A stretch of DNA of 64,000 nt, taken from contig CAXXHA010000013.1 in the NCBI GenBank assembly GCA_963662265.2, forward strand, positions 64,001-128,000, written 5' to 3'. Below, piece after piece: positions 10,098 through 18,753 of the stretch (the stretch's first letter is position 1; each line of letters starts with the position of its first letter). Source of the DNA: Spirochaetia bacterium. GTDB lineage: Bacteria > Spirochaetota > Spirochaetia > CADAEX01. A model generated the notes under the pieces. The model did no database searches. It was not told the DNA's origin and worked only from the letters and a program-made list of their open reading frames with translations. A program made the translations under genes and the position numbers.

Positions 10098-10832
10098 ATG
10101 AAAAAAAATATTGTTTCGTTTCTGTTGATCATCTGCATTTTTTTATCTGCATGTAATAACTCAGGGGGCGGAAGCGGTCCTGAACCTGAAGCCGAGCGTC
10201 CCTATAAAGTGGGCGACACAGGCCCTGGAGGAGGCATTGTGTTTTATGATGATACAATAGGTTTTGATTTTGATGATGATGGTATAATCCAATCAGATGA
10301 AAAAGACCTACTTGACGGGATAAATGATGGTGTTGTATCAGGAAGCAGCTTTCTGGAAGCAGCTCCCCCTTTCTGGAACGGAACAGATAATCCTGATCCG
10401 GAAGCGTTGTGGGGTTTAAATAATATAAATACACTGGTCCCTGATGTTTCCTGGAATCCCACACCGGATGAATGCTCACAAAGTGTCGGAAGGGGTAAAT
10501 CCAATACAGATATTTTGATTACTGCCCTGACAAATAACGGAGAATCTGGAAAGGCGGCTCAGCTGTGTAAAGCCTATAACGGGGGAGGAGAAACTGACTG
10601 GTTTTTTCCAAGTGTAGGAGAACTTTATCTTATGTGTATTGTTTTGAATGGAAACACACCTGTGCTGGGAGGTTTTTTTAATTCAAGTACAGGTTATCTG
10701 AGTTCTTCCGAATACAATAGTGCATCAGCTATAATTATTGCATTTATGGATACATCGTTTAATGGAAATCCTTTTTATACTGCAAAAGATACCAGTCCTG
10801 CCAGATATGTCCGTCCTACCAGGTCGTTTTAA
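10098..10832 (+). CDS. Lipoprotein with DUF1566/Lcl-like C-type-lectin-fold domain
   Basis: Lipobox FLSA-C; YKVGDTGPGGGIVFY, FLEAAP, AAQLC, DWFFPSVGEL, SSSE and terminal VRPTRSF. Confidence 0.7.
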   Translation: MKKNIVSFLLIICIFLSACNNSGGGSGPEPEAERPYKVGDTGPGGGIVFYDDTIGFDFDDDGIIQSDEKDLLDGINDGVVSGSSFLEAAPPFWNGTDNPDPEALWGLNNINTLVPDVSWNPTPDECSQSVGRGKSNTDILITALTNNGESGKAAQLCKAYNGGGETDWFFPSVGELYLMCIVLNGNTPVLGGFFNSSTGYLSSSEYNSASAIIIAFMDTSFNGNPFYTAKDTSPARYVRPTRSF

Positions 10833-10857
10833 GCGGCATGTCCCTGAATATTATTTT

Positions 10858-10888
10858 GCTGCCCTTTTACGGGGCAGTTATTTTTTTC
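10858..10888 (+). terminator. Intrinsic terminator between convergent genes
   Basis: CTGCCC...GGGCAG stem followed by a T-tract. Confidence 0.65.
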
Positions 10889-10896
10889 TTTAAGGT

Positions 10897-12543
10897 CTAA
10901 TACCCGTCAGACATCTGTATATTGATATCTTTCTTGTAGAGCTCGTTATATACAAAGCCCCGGTTTCTAAGGATATCCTTTATTGTCTGCGGGAATGGTA
11001 TGTTTCTCCAGAAAACTCCCCTTACTTCCCTGTCAAGCTTCTGCATTCCGTCGCTTTCCTTTGTGATCCACAGGATATAGTCTCTTATAAAGTATTCCTT
11101 TACATCGCCTCTCATTTTCTGGTCTGTAAACCACTGGTAGTATTTCCCGGTCAGTCCTTCTTCCATCCAGTAATAGGATGCAGTTTCCTTTGCTACCTGC
11201 CACCTGAGGTCTGCAAGTGCATAGAGTACAGATGTTTTAAGATCTTTCGGATAAAGAGGTATTGCGATTCTTCCTCTGGATGATGCCCTGTTGAATTTTT
11301 CATAAGGTTCCCAGCAGATTCCGAACTCCCCGTAACATGGAACTATGATGACATATGGTACAATTCTGGAAGTCTGCCGTTTGAATGTTCTCTTGAAAAG
11401 GCCCGGGTCTATTTTTTCTATTTCAGACATTATTGTGATGATATTTTCACGTGTGGCAAGATCTCTGATGTTCGGTCTCATATACTGCTGCATGAGTATT
11501 GGAAAATGGTTCCCCTTTCTTCCCACGCTCATTTTTGCCATCTGTTTTACAGCCATAAATTCATTTGTAATTGTCTGCCTGTCAACAGCTGTATCCCCGC
11601 CTTCTTCAGAGACTTTTCTCTGGAGCTCTTCAACTTTTGCCATGTTTGCTTCATGGTTCTGGGTAATAACAGCAATTTCCCTGTCGTAATTGCTTAGTTT
11701 TCTCGACAGTTCCATCATCTCGGTGATGGCATTTTTCTGAAGCTGGTTATATGTTCCTCTGAGCCCTGTCCTTGGATTTACTTTATATCTCTGAAGTACT
11801 GCAATTTTCTGAAGCAGTGCATTTTCTATCTCTGTAACAGTGGAAGTCTTTGTTTTCAGCTGGTTCAGTGATGCGTCTTTCTGTCCCCTGGCCTTTTCAA
11901 GCAGAGCTTTTGACTTTGAGCCCTGTTTCTGCTTCATGTTTTTTGTTTCATCAGCAGCTGAAGGGTTTATATCTCCTTCTGCAATTCTTAAAAGCCATTC
12001 ATCTACATAGTGTATCGGTTCACCAGTTATGTTGTCTTCAATAATGGAAGACAGTGTTGCTCTCTGCTCCTTGCTGATAAGGGTCGGCAAAAGAACTCCG
12101 AACCTTAAAAGCAGCTTTGCCGGTTTTGACATTGAGGGGGATATCTTTGATGCTATTGATATTGCAAGTTCCCAATAGGCTGTGATAAGCCTCTGCCTGG
12201 CAAGGGTCCTGTCCTTGGGGTTTTCCGCCTTCAGAAAATCGGAAAGAAGACTGTGAACCCTTTTTGATATTTCCCCTTCTCCGGAAAGCAGTGTTTTATA
12301 GTATGAAGGATCTGTGAAATAGGGTTTAGGTTTTTCTGAAAACTCTTTTACTGTAAAAAATGAATCGCTGAAGACCTCTTCCTGCTGGTCTGTTTCTGGA
12401 GTTTCTGTTCTTTCGTCTTCGAAAAGGTCGAAGAAGTCCGGATTTGTCTCTGCATCCTGATTATCTGCAATTCCAATGAGATCTGCAATTTCAGGATCCA
12501 GTTCATCAGAGGTATTATTCATATTCATATAATTATTACTCAT
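10897..12543 (-). CDS. Hypothetical protein with acidic N-terminus and central coiled coil
   Basis: Long ORF; the track's 12603 start lies inside the tRNA, so the start is moved to 12543 or a later Met. Confidence 0.75.
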   Translation of the reverse strand: MSNNYMNMNNTSDELDPEIADLIGIADNQDAETNPDFFDLFEDERTETPETDQQEEVFSDSFFTVKEFSEKPKPYFTDPSYYKTLLSGEGEISKRVHSLLSDFLKAENPKDRTLARQRLITAYWELAISIASKISPSMSKPAKLLLRFGVLLPTLISKEQRATLSSIIEDNITGEPIHYVDEWLLRIAEGDINPSAADETKNMKQKQGSKSKALLEKARGQKDASLNQLKTKTSTVTEIENALLQKIAVLQRYKVNPRTGLRGTYNQLQKNAITEMMELSRKLSNYDREIAVITQNHEANMAKVEELQRKVSEEGGDTAVDRQTITNEFMAVKQMAKMSVGRKGNHFPILMQQYMRPNIRDLATRENIITIMSEIEKIDPGLFKRTFKRQTSRIVPYVIIVPCYGEFGICWEPYEKFNRASSRGRIAIPLYPKDLKTSVLYALADLRWQVAKETASYYWMEEGLTGKYYQWFTDQKMRGDVKEYFIRDYILWITKESDGMQKLDREVRGVFWRNIPFPQTIKDILRNRGFVYNELYKKDINIQMSDGY

Positions 12544-12557
12544 TTTTATATTGATCC

Positions 12558-12631
12558 TGGAGGTGGTGGGAATCGAACCCGCGGCCTCGTGAATGCCATT
12601 CACGCGCTCTAGCCAACTGAGCTACACCCCC
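12558..12631 (-). tRNA. tRNA-Ala (anticodon GGC), CCA not encoded
   Basis: GGGGGTGTAGCTCAGTTGGCTAGAGCGCGTGAATGGCATTCACGAGGCCGCGGGTTCGATTCCCACCACCTCCA forms a cloverleaf with G3:U70 alanine identity pair and GTTCGA T-loop. Confidence 0.97.
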
Positions 12632-12638
12632 TCTTTAA

Positions 12639-12834
12639 TATCATCATTCCCGCCATACCCTGAAAGGGATCACCGTACAATTTACCGGTGAAAAACAGGC
12701 AGCTTTGATGCTGGTCTGCAAGGAAATTTTTTGTTGCGAATATAATACGCTTTGAAAAACATACACCAACAGTTCCTTACAGAATATTAAAAACTCTGAA
12801 AGCAGCGGGTTATTCAGACCTGCTCTGCGAATAA
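12639..12834 (-). repeat. Degenerate MITE/REP-like element, copy 1
   Basis: The minus strand aligns in order with 41524-41737: TTATTCGCAGAGCAGGTCTGAATAACCCGCTGCTT, AGACCAGCATCAAAGCTGCCTGT, and terminal GGGAATGATGAT. Confidence 0.65.
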
Positions 12835-12863
12835 CTATAATCCCCTCAGGGCTTCTCTGTCAA
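12834..12863 (-). promoter_or_regulatory. sigma70 promoter of the tRNA-Ala transcript
   Basis: TTGACA-18nt-TATAGT on the minus strand. Confidence 0.6.
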
Positions 12864-13016
12864 CAATTATAGTTTTCTTTGAATATGTACAGCTGTTGAC
12901 TTTATTCATGCAATATTTTTTTTAAATTAATTTAAAATGAAAAGAAACTTTCTGTTTGAATAAAAACTGAAAAAAGTTTATCATTATTCAATCTTAAGAC
13001 AAAATAGGCGGAGCTA

Positions 13017-13802
13017 ATGGAATCAATCAGAAATCTTGTGGAATATGTTGTTAAGGGGGGAGATCTGGCCTGGGAAGAGCAGGCAGGTGTCAGCCGGGAT
13101 GTTAAGCATGACGGCTCAGTTGTTACCCATGTGGATAAAAAACTCAATGATTATCTGTCAGAAGCCATAACAAGGCTCTACCCTGAAGCTAATCTTGTGA
13201 CAGAAGAGAGTGACAGCTTCTATGATCCTGAAAAGGAGTATAGTTTTGCGGTTGATCCGATTGACGGAACTGATCCGTTCAGCCAGGGTATGCCCAGCTG
13301 GTGTGTTTCTGTAGGTCTTCTTAAAGGGGGAGTTCCTGTTGCCGGGATTGTTTATGCTCCTGCATGGGGAATAAAAGGGGGTACTCTTATTGTAAGCGAT
13401 CTTGACGGTTCAGTTGAAGTTAACGGAAAAACAGTTGAATTTTCAGATGAGGAACCTGATTCAGAAGGGTTTCAGGCCATGGCTGGCTCCAAGGTTTTTA
13501 AAACTTTTGATCTTACCGCATTTCCCGGAAAGGTTAGAGCTGCCGGAGCCGCTGTTATCAGCCTCATAGCTCCTGTTATTCACAGCAATATCAAGGTATC
13601 AGTTATTCCCGGATGCCATATCTGGGACATTGCAGCGGCCCATGCTATTGTAAGGAATTTCGGACTCCGGACAGAATATATAAACGGGGATGAAATTGAT
13701 TATATACCGCTTCTTAAAAGGGAATTTACTGCTGATTTTATCATTTCCGGATTCAGCAAGTACTGTGATGTTGCAAAGGAAACATTTCAGAGAAAAAAAT
13801 AA
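13017..13802 (+). CDS. Inositol monophosphatase-family (FIG superfamily) phosphatase
   Basis: VTEE, VDPIDGT and WDIAAA motifs. Confidence 0.9.
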   Translation: MESIRNLVEYVVKGGDLAWEEQAGVSRDVKHDGSVVTHVDKKLNDYLSEAITRLYPEANLVTEESDSFYDPEKEYSFAVDPIDGTDPFSQGMPSWCVSVGLLKGGVPVAGIVYAPAWGIKGGTLIVSDLDGSVEVNGKTVEFSDEEPDSEGFQAMAGSKVFKTFDLTAFPGKVRAAGAAVISLIAPVIHSNIKVSVIPGCHIWDIAAAHAIVRNFGLRTEYINGDEIDYIPLLKREFTADFIISGFSKYCDVAKETFQRKK

Positions 13803-13893
13803 ATCTGTCTGAGAAACATAAATCACTTCTCTAATGTTTACCGGTTTTCAGGCCGATTGTGATAGTATATTTTCGTCTGCGCAGGATTAAACA

Positions 13894-15789
13894 ATGAATG
13901 ATAGATTTATAATTTACTATACTCCGGAAATATTTTTACCGACAGATCTCAAAGATTCAAATATCTCGTTTATACCTCTTGATAAGGAAAAAACTGATCA
14001 GTTTGTTCCCTTTTCAGGATTTCTGATAGATTTCTCTGATTATTCTTTTCTTGAAGATAAGAAGCTTTTGGAAGAATGCTGTGTTCTTCTCTGGAATTTT
14101 GAAAATAAGGGAAAAGATATAACAGTAAGGAACAGGGAAAATATATATTTTGAATTCACTTCATTTCCTGATCTGAGAGATTTCAGGCAGATTCTTAAAA
14201 ACTACAAAGACTGGTTTCTTCTCCACCGGGAAAAAAATGATTTCCTTGCAGTCAGAAAAAGAAAAGATGATGTATATAATAAAATACTCAATGTAGGGGT
14301 CGCTCTCAGCGCAGAAAGAAACAATCAGAAACTCCTGGATTATATTGTTGCAAAAACAAGGGAAATTACATTTGCGGACGCCGGAAGCCTTTATCTTGTC
14401 GATGAAAACAGGGAAACAGGGGATTCTTCACTTCTTTTCAAGATAGCTCATAATGATTCGAATCCGACTGATTTTACTGAATTCAGCATGCCTATAATGA
14501 AAAAGTCGATTGCCGGTTATGTCGCTCTCACAGGCGAAGTAATAAAGCTGGATAATGTCTATGATATCCCTGAAGAGGCGGAATATGATTTTAACAGCTC
14601 ATATGATGTTAGTACCGGTTATATAAGCAAGAGCATGCTGACTGTTCCCATGAAAAACCACAAAGGGAAGATAATAGGTGTTATTCAGCTGATCAACAAG
14701 AAAGTTTCCCCTGATATCAGGCTAGACGGACAGGATTCTGTTGAGGATTTTGTCAGATCCTTTGATTCTTCCGATGAAGAGGTTGTTCTCTCCTTATCGT
14801 CTCTTGCCGCGGTATCGCTTGATAACAACCAGCTTTATAACGAGATAGAAAACCTGTTTGAATGTCTTGTTAAAGCTTCTGCAAAAGCGATAGAGCAGAG
14901 AGATCCTGCAACAAGCGGTCATTCACTGAGGGTTGCAAAATACACTGTAGCTCTTGCCGAAGCATTTTCCTCCGATACATCTGATGAATTCAGTGATATT
15001 CATTATTCACCTGATCATCTGAAAGGGCTGAGGTATGCATGTCTTCTCCATGATTTCGGAAAGGTAGGGGTCAGGGAGAATGTTCTTGTAAAGGCCAAGA
15101 AACTCTATCCAGGCATGCTTGATCTTATACACATGAGGCTGGATTACATACGAAAGAAGAATGAAGCAGAAATGTTCCGGGGTGTTCTTGAGAAAAAAGG
15201 AAATCTGAATTCAATAAAAGAAGAACTTGAAAAAGAATATGAGAAGTTTGAAAAGCTTAAAGAGATAATTACCAGTCTTAATGAGACAACAGTCCTGAGT
15301 TCAGATCCTGAAGAGATGCTTTCTGTTGTGAAATCAGAGAAATATACTGATGAAAGCAGCGGGGAAGCATGTATTATTACTGATGAAGAAAGCGGTTTTC
15401 TGTCAATCAAGAGAGGATGTCTTAATGACAAGGAACGGGATGAAATCCAGTCCCATGTTGTACATACATATGAATTCCTTAAAAATATTCCATGGCCTGA
15501 TTATCTTTCAAATATCCCTGAGATTGCCCGGGGGCATCATGAAATGCTTAACGGTTCAGGTTATCCTGACAGCAAGAAGGGGGATGAAATTCCTTTTGAA
15601 TCAAGAATGATGGCCGTGGCTGATATCTATGATGCGCTTACAGCCAGCGACAGGCCTTATAAGAGGGCTGTTCCTGCTGACAGGGCGCTTAATATTCTGA
15701 AGGCAGAGGCGGACGCCGGAAAGCTTGACAGTAAAATTGTGGATTTCTTTATTGAGAAGAAGATTTATGAGGTTCCAGGGCAGCAGTAG
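13894..15789 (+). CDS. GAF + HD-GYP cyclic dinucleotide phosphodiesterase
   Basis: GAF region (KSMLTVPM, VIQLINK); TSGHS, LLHDFGK, HHE, GSGYP and ADIYDALT motifs. Confidence 0.92.
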   Translation: MNDRFIIYYTPEIFLPTDLKDSNISFIPLDKEKTDQFVPFSGFLIDFSDYSFLEDKKLLEECCVLLWNFENKGKDITVRNRENIYFEFTSFPDLRDFRQILKNYKDWFLLHREKNDFLAVRKRKDDVYNKILNVGVALSAERNNQKLLDYIVAKTREITFADAGSLYLVDENRETGDSSLLFKIAHNDSNPTDFTEFSMPIMKKSIAGYVALTGEVIKLDNVYDIPEEAEYDFNSSYDVSTGYISKSMLTVPMKNHKGKIIGVIQLINKKVSPDIRLDGQDSVEDFVRSFDSSDEEVVLSLSSLAAVSLDNNQLYNEIENLFECLVKASAKAIEQRDPATSGHSLRVAKYTVALAEAFSSDTSDEFSDIHYSPDHLKGLRYACLLHDFGKVGVRENVLVKAKKLYPGMLDLIHMRLDYIRKKNEAEMFRGVLEKKGNLNSIKEELEKEYEKFEKLKEIITSLNETTVLSSDPEEMLSVVKSEKYTDESSGEACIITDEESGFLSIKRGCLNDKERDEIQSHVVHTYEFLKNIPWPDYLSNIPEIARGHHEMLNGSGYPDSKKGDEIPFESRMMAVADIYDALTASDRPYKRAVPADRALNILKAEADAGKLDSKIVDFFIEKKIYEVPGQQ

Positions 15790-15823
15790 GGGATTTCACG
15801 ATAAACTTTTTATGCGTCTATAT

Positions 15824-15863
15824 GAAAAATGCCGGATCAGGAGCTGATTACCGGCATTTTTTT
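15824..15863. terminator. Bidirectional intrinsic terminator
   Basis: AAAAATGCCGG...CCGGCATTTTTTT between convergent genes. Confidence 0.75.
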
Positions 15864-15932
15864 ATAATAATTCAGTGTTCCGGAATTATTTAAGTATTCC
15901 GGATATCTGTCTTTAATTTCTTTTTCCTGTGA

Positions 15933-16928
15933 TTACCACCTGAGAAGTGTTCCCCCGTAGGTAAGTCCGGCGCCGAAGCCGACTATTATAATATAATCGC
16001 CTCTCTTGATTTCCCCATTTTCAACAGCTTCATTGAAGGCAAGAGGTATACTTGCACTGGATGTGTTGGCAAACTCTGCAATATTCATATAGAATTTTTC
16101 AACAGGCATTTTTGTTCTCTTTGAAACAGCCTCAATAATTCTCATGTTTGCCTGGTGCGGTACTATATATTTTATATCTTCAATTGTAAGTCCGGCATCT
16201 TCCATAAGTTTTTGAACTGTAAAACTCAAAACTTCGACTGCAAAGTTGTAGACTCTTCTACCGTTCATGTAGAGACAGGTTGCATTGTTTTCTGTTTTAT
16301 TCTTTTCGAAAGGCTCTGCAATACCGCCTGCAGGTCTTGAAAGGAATCCAGCCCCGCTTCCTCTTGCTCTCATATATGTGTTGAGAATTACAGAAGGATT
16401 GTTTTCAGGATCTTCATGCCCTGTAACAACTGCAGCGCCGCATCCGTCTCCGAAGAGTACACATGTTCCCCTGTCTTCCCAGTTGGCTATCTTGGTCAGC
16501 TGTTCAGATCCTATTACAAGGATGTTTTTTGCCTCTCCGGTTGCAATAGCATTTTTTGCGATATTAAGTGCATAGACAAAACCGGAACATGCAGCAGCAA
16601 TATCATAGGCAGCCGCATTTACAGCCTTGATTTTTTCCTGAACAATACATGCAGTTGAAGGGAAACCTATATAATCAGGTGTTCCTGTTGCAAGGATTAT
16701 TTCATCAATATCCTCTGCAGTCAAACCGCTTCTTTCGAGGGCCATTTCAGAAGCTGATGCAGCCATGTCTGATGTCAGGACATTTTTATCTACAAAATGT
16801 CGGTTTTTGATGCCTGTGTGGGAATATATCCATTCATCAGATGTGTCTACTAATTTTGTAAGATCTTCATTTGATACTTTTTTTTCCGGAATATAAACAC
16901 CCAGACTTTTTATATAAGGAATTATCAT
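15933..16928 (-). CDS. fabH: 3-oxoacyl-ACP synthase III
   Basis: AACSGF, PHQAN, NTSSASIP and GFGAG (Cys-His-Asn triad). Confidence 0.96.
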   Translation of the reverse strand: MIIPYIKSLGVYIPEKKVSNEDLTKLVDTSDEWIYSHTGIKNRHFVDKNVLTSDMAASASEMALERSGLTAEDIDEIILATGTPDYIGFPSTACIVQEKIKAVNAAAYDIAAACSGFVYALNIAKNAIATGEAKNILVIGSEQLTKIANWEDRGTCVLFGDGCGAAVVTGHEDPENNPSVILNTYMRARGSGAGFLSRPAGGIAEPFEKNKTENNATCLYMNGRRVYNFAVEVLSFTVQKLMEDAGLTIEDIKYIVPHQANMRIIEAVSKRTKMPVEKFYMNIAEFANTSSASIPLAFNEAVENGEIKRGDYIIIVGFGAGLTYGGTLLRW

Positions 16929-17088
16929 TTAAACCTCCATATTTATTCTGGATCTATAATTTATAGATATTTTAGCCGATACTCTTTTTAAGAGTCTATC
17001 ACGGAATCATGTAATCTATAACTTTTTATCTTAAAAGGTCAAGGATTGCAGATCAATATGACAATTTTTTTACAAAAGCGGAGAGGAT

Positions 17089-18390
17089 ATGAGTTATATA
17101 GGGGTTATAAACACGGATGAGAAGCTTGAAGGTGATATTTCAAGGCTTCTTGATGAGAACGGGATAAAAAATTCGAAATTCCTGTCTGATGAGGATGAAA
17201 TTCTTGATTTTATAAGTTTTGAACTGCCTGAACTTATAATAATCAATTTTTCCGACAGAAATGTTGATTTATGCAGACTTCTTCTCAGGATCCGTGAAGA
17301 TCCCTGGCTTAACTCATTCGGAATACTCGGGCTTTATGACCATGAAAAGGTAAAGGAAGAGGATCTTCTCACCAGGTTTCAGGATTATAATATCCTCTCT
17401 CTGCTTGATTTTATAAGGATTAAATCATCACTTATCAAGTGTATAAATATTATCCTGGAAAACAAGCAGATTGTTTTCAACAAGGATCTGTCTGAAAAGC
17501 TTTTTGATAAGGATGTAGGATCATTCGAAATTGAGAATGACCCTCTTGCTGTTTCTGTATATGCCGGTATTGCCTCTTCCATTCTTGTCCTCCGGGGATT
17601 TATTAAGCCTGATTCGAGAATACACCTGCAGCTTGTGCTTGCCGAGCTTATGATTAACGGTATTGAACACGGCAATTGCGGAATCTCCTTTGATGAAAAA
17701 ACCGAGTTTCTTGATAAGGGGGGCAATATTGTCGATCTTATCGAAGAAAAAAACAGGGATTATTCGGTTGCAAGAAAGAGAGTCCGCTTTGAATGGGATA
17801 TTTCAAAGGATTCCTCAAAATTCATAATAAGGGATGAAGGAAGCGGTTTTGATATATTCTCTCTGAAGGAAAAGGTTGAAAATGAGGGGCCTTATGCTCT
17901 CCACGGGAGGGGAATAAGGATGGCCAGCATGTTTGCCAAGAGAATAGCCTATAACAGGGCTGGTAATGCTGTGCTTGTTGAAATAGAACACGACAAGGAT
18001 GCGAAACGGAAGGCTCCCGAAGGATTCAGCAATGAAGAGGTAATATATCTGAAAAAAGGGGATATAGTATGCAAGGAAGGGGATTCCGGCGATGCTCTTT
18101 TCTATATATCTTCCGGAAGGTTTTCCGTGTGGCACAGAGACAGCCGGGTGGGGAACCTTGATCCTTCTGATATATTTATGGGGGAAATGTCATTCTTCCT
18201 TAACAACGAGAGAAGTGCGACTGTGGTTGCTGAATCTGATGCAATCATTGTAAAAGTTCCCAGGAAGAATTTTATTCAGATTATAAAACAGTACCCCCAG
18301 TATGGTCTTTTCCTTGCAAAACTCCTGTCAAGAAAACTTGCAAGGGCAAATACAAAGAGCGCGGAGCTTCAGGCTGTTTCCAATATCTGA
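17089..18390 (+). CDS. Receiver-like + RsbW-type HATPase + cyclic-nucleotide-binding domain protein
   Basis: ELMINGIEHGN, IRDEGSGF and GRGI (anti-sigma kinase); C-terminal GEMSFFLNNERSATV phosphate-binding cassette. Confidence 0.82.
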   Translation: MSYIGVINTDEKLEGDISRLLDENGIKNSKFLSDEDEILDFISFELPELIIINFSDRNVDLCRLLLRIREDPWLNSFGILGLYDHEKVKEEDLLTRFQDYNILSLLDFIRIKSSLIKCINIILENKQIVFNKDLSEKLFDKDVGSFEIENDPLAVSVYAGIASSILVLRGFIKPDSRIHLQLVLAELMINGIEHGNCGISFDEKTEFLDKGGNIVDLIEEKNRDYSVARKRVRFEWDISKDSSKFIIRDEGSGFDIFSLKEKVENEGPYALHGRGIRMASMFAKRIAYNRAGNAVLVEIEHDKDAKRKAPEGFSNEEVIYLKKGDIVCKEGDSGDALFYISSGRFSVWHRDSRVGNLDPSDIFMGEMSFFLNNERSATVVAESDAIIVKVPRKNFIQIIKQYPQYGLFLAKLLSRKLARANTKSAELQAVSNI

Positions 18391-18407
18391 TTTATTCTGC
18401 TGAAAAA

Positions 18408-18472
18408 GGGGCTGCCTTTGAGAATATCTCCGGCATTCGGGAGTAATTTGAAACAGGGCAGCCCGTATTTTT
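18408..18472 (+). terminator. Long hairpin or terminator
   Basis: GGGCTGCC...GGCAGCCC stem followed by a T-tract. Confidence 0.6.
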
Positions 18473-18549
18473 TTGCAGGTCGGGTTTAATACACGGCAAC
18501 TTGCAAAAAATAATAACCACCGGAACTGGTTGCAAAGGTGTTGTTGGTT
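18469..18549 (+). repeat. Internally deleted MITE/REP-like element, copy 2
   Basis: GCAGGTCGGGTTTAATACACGGCAACTTGC and CCACCGGAACTGGTTGCAAAGGTGTTGTTGGTT match the two ends of 41524-41737, including an exact shared 14-mer. Confidence 0.7.
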
Positions 18550-18753
18550 GACCCTGATTTATCTTCTGCAGATTTGCGAATGCCTTTTTCTGATGCTGTT
18601 ATTCTTTTAAACCTGTAATTCTCCCTCCTATTCTGAATATTTACTCTTTTTATGCCGATGATGAATCTGTAACATTGTAATAACTGAAAGGTTTTATATC
18701 TTGATTGAATTTACTATTTCCATTGTTTATAGTGTTTTTTATGAGAGGAAGTT

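Noticed and set aside
10690-10832. Diversity-generating retroelement target (CLec-like C-terminus)
   Set aside because: No template repeat differing at adenines and no reverse transcriptase in the window; a remote DGR cannot be excluded.
12544-12603. N-terminal extension of the 568-aa ORF
   Set aside because: It reads through the tRNA-Ala gene.
4959-12631. tRNA-anchored genomic island
   Set aside because: No integrase and no duplicated tRNA 3' end seen; the accessory block is separated from the tRNA by another gene.
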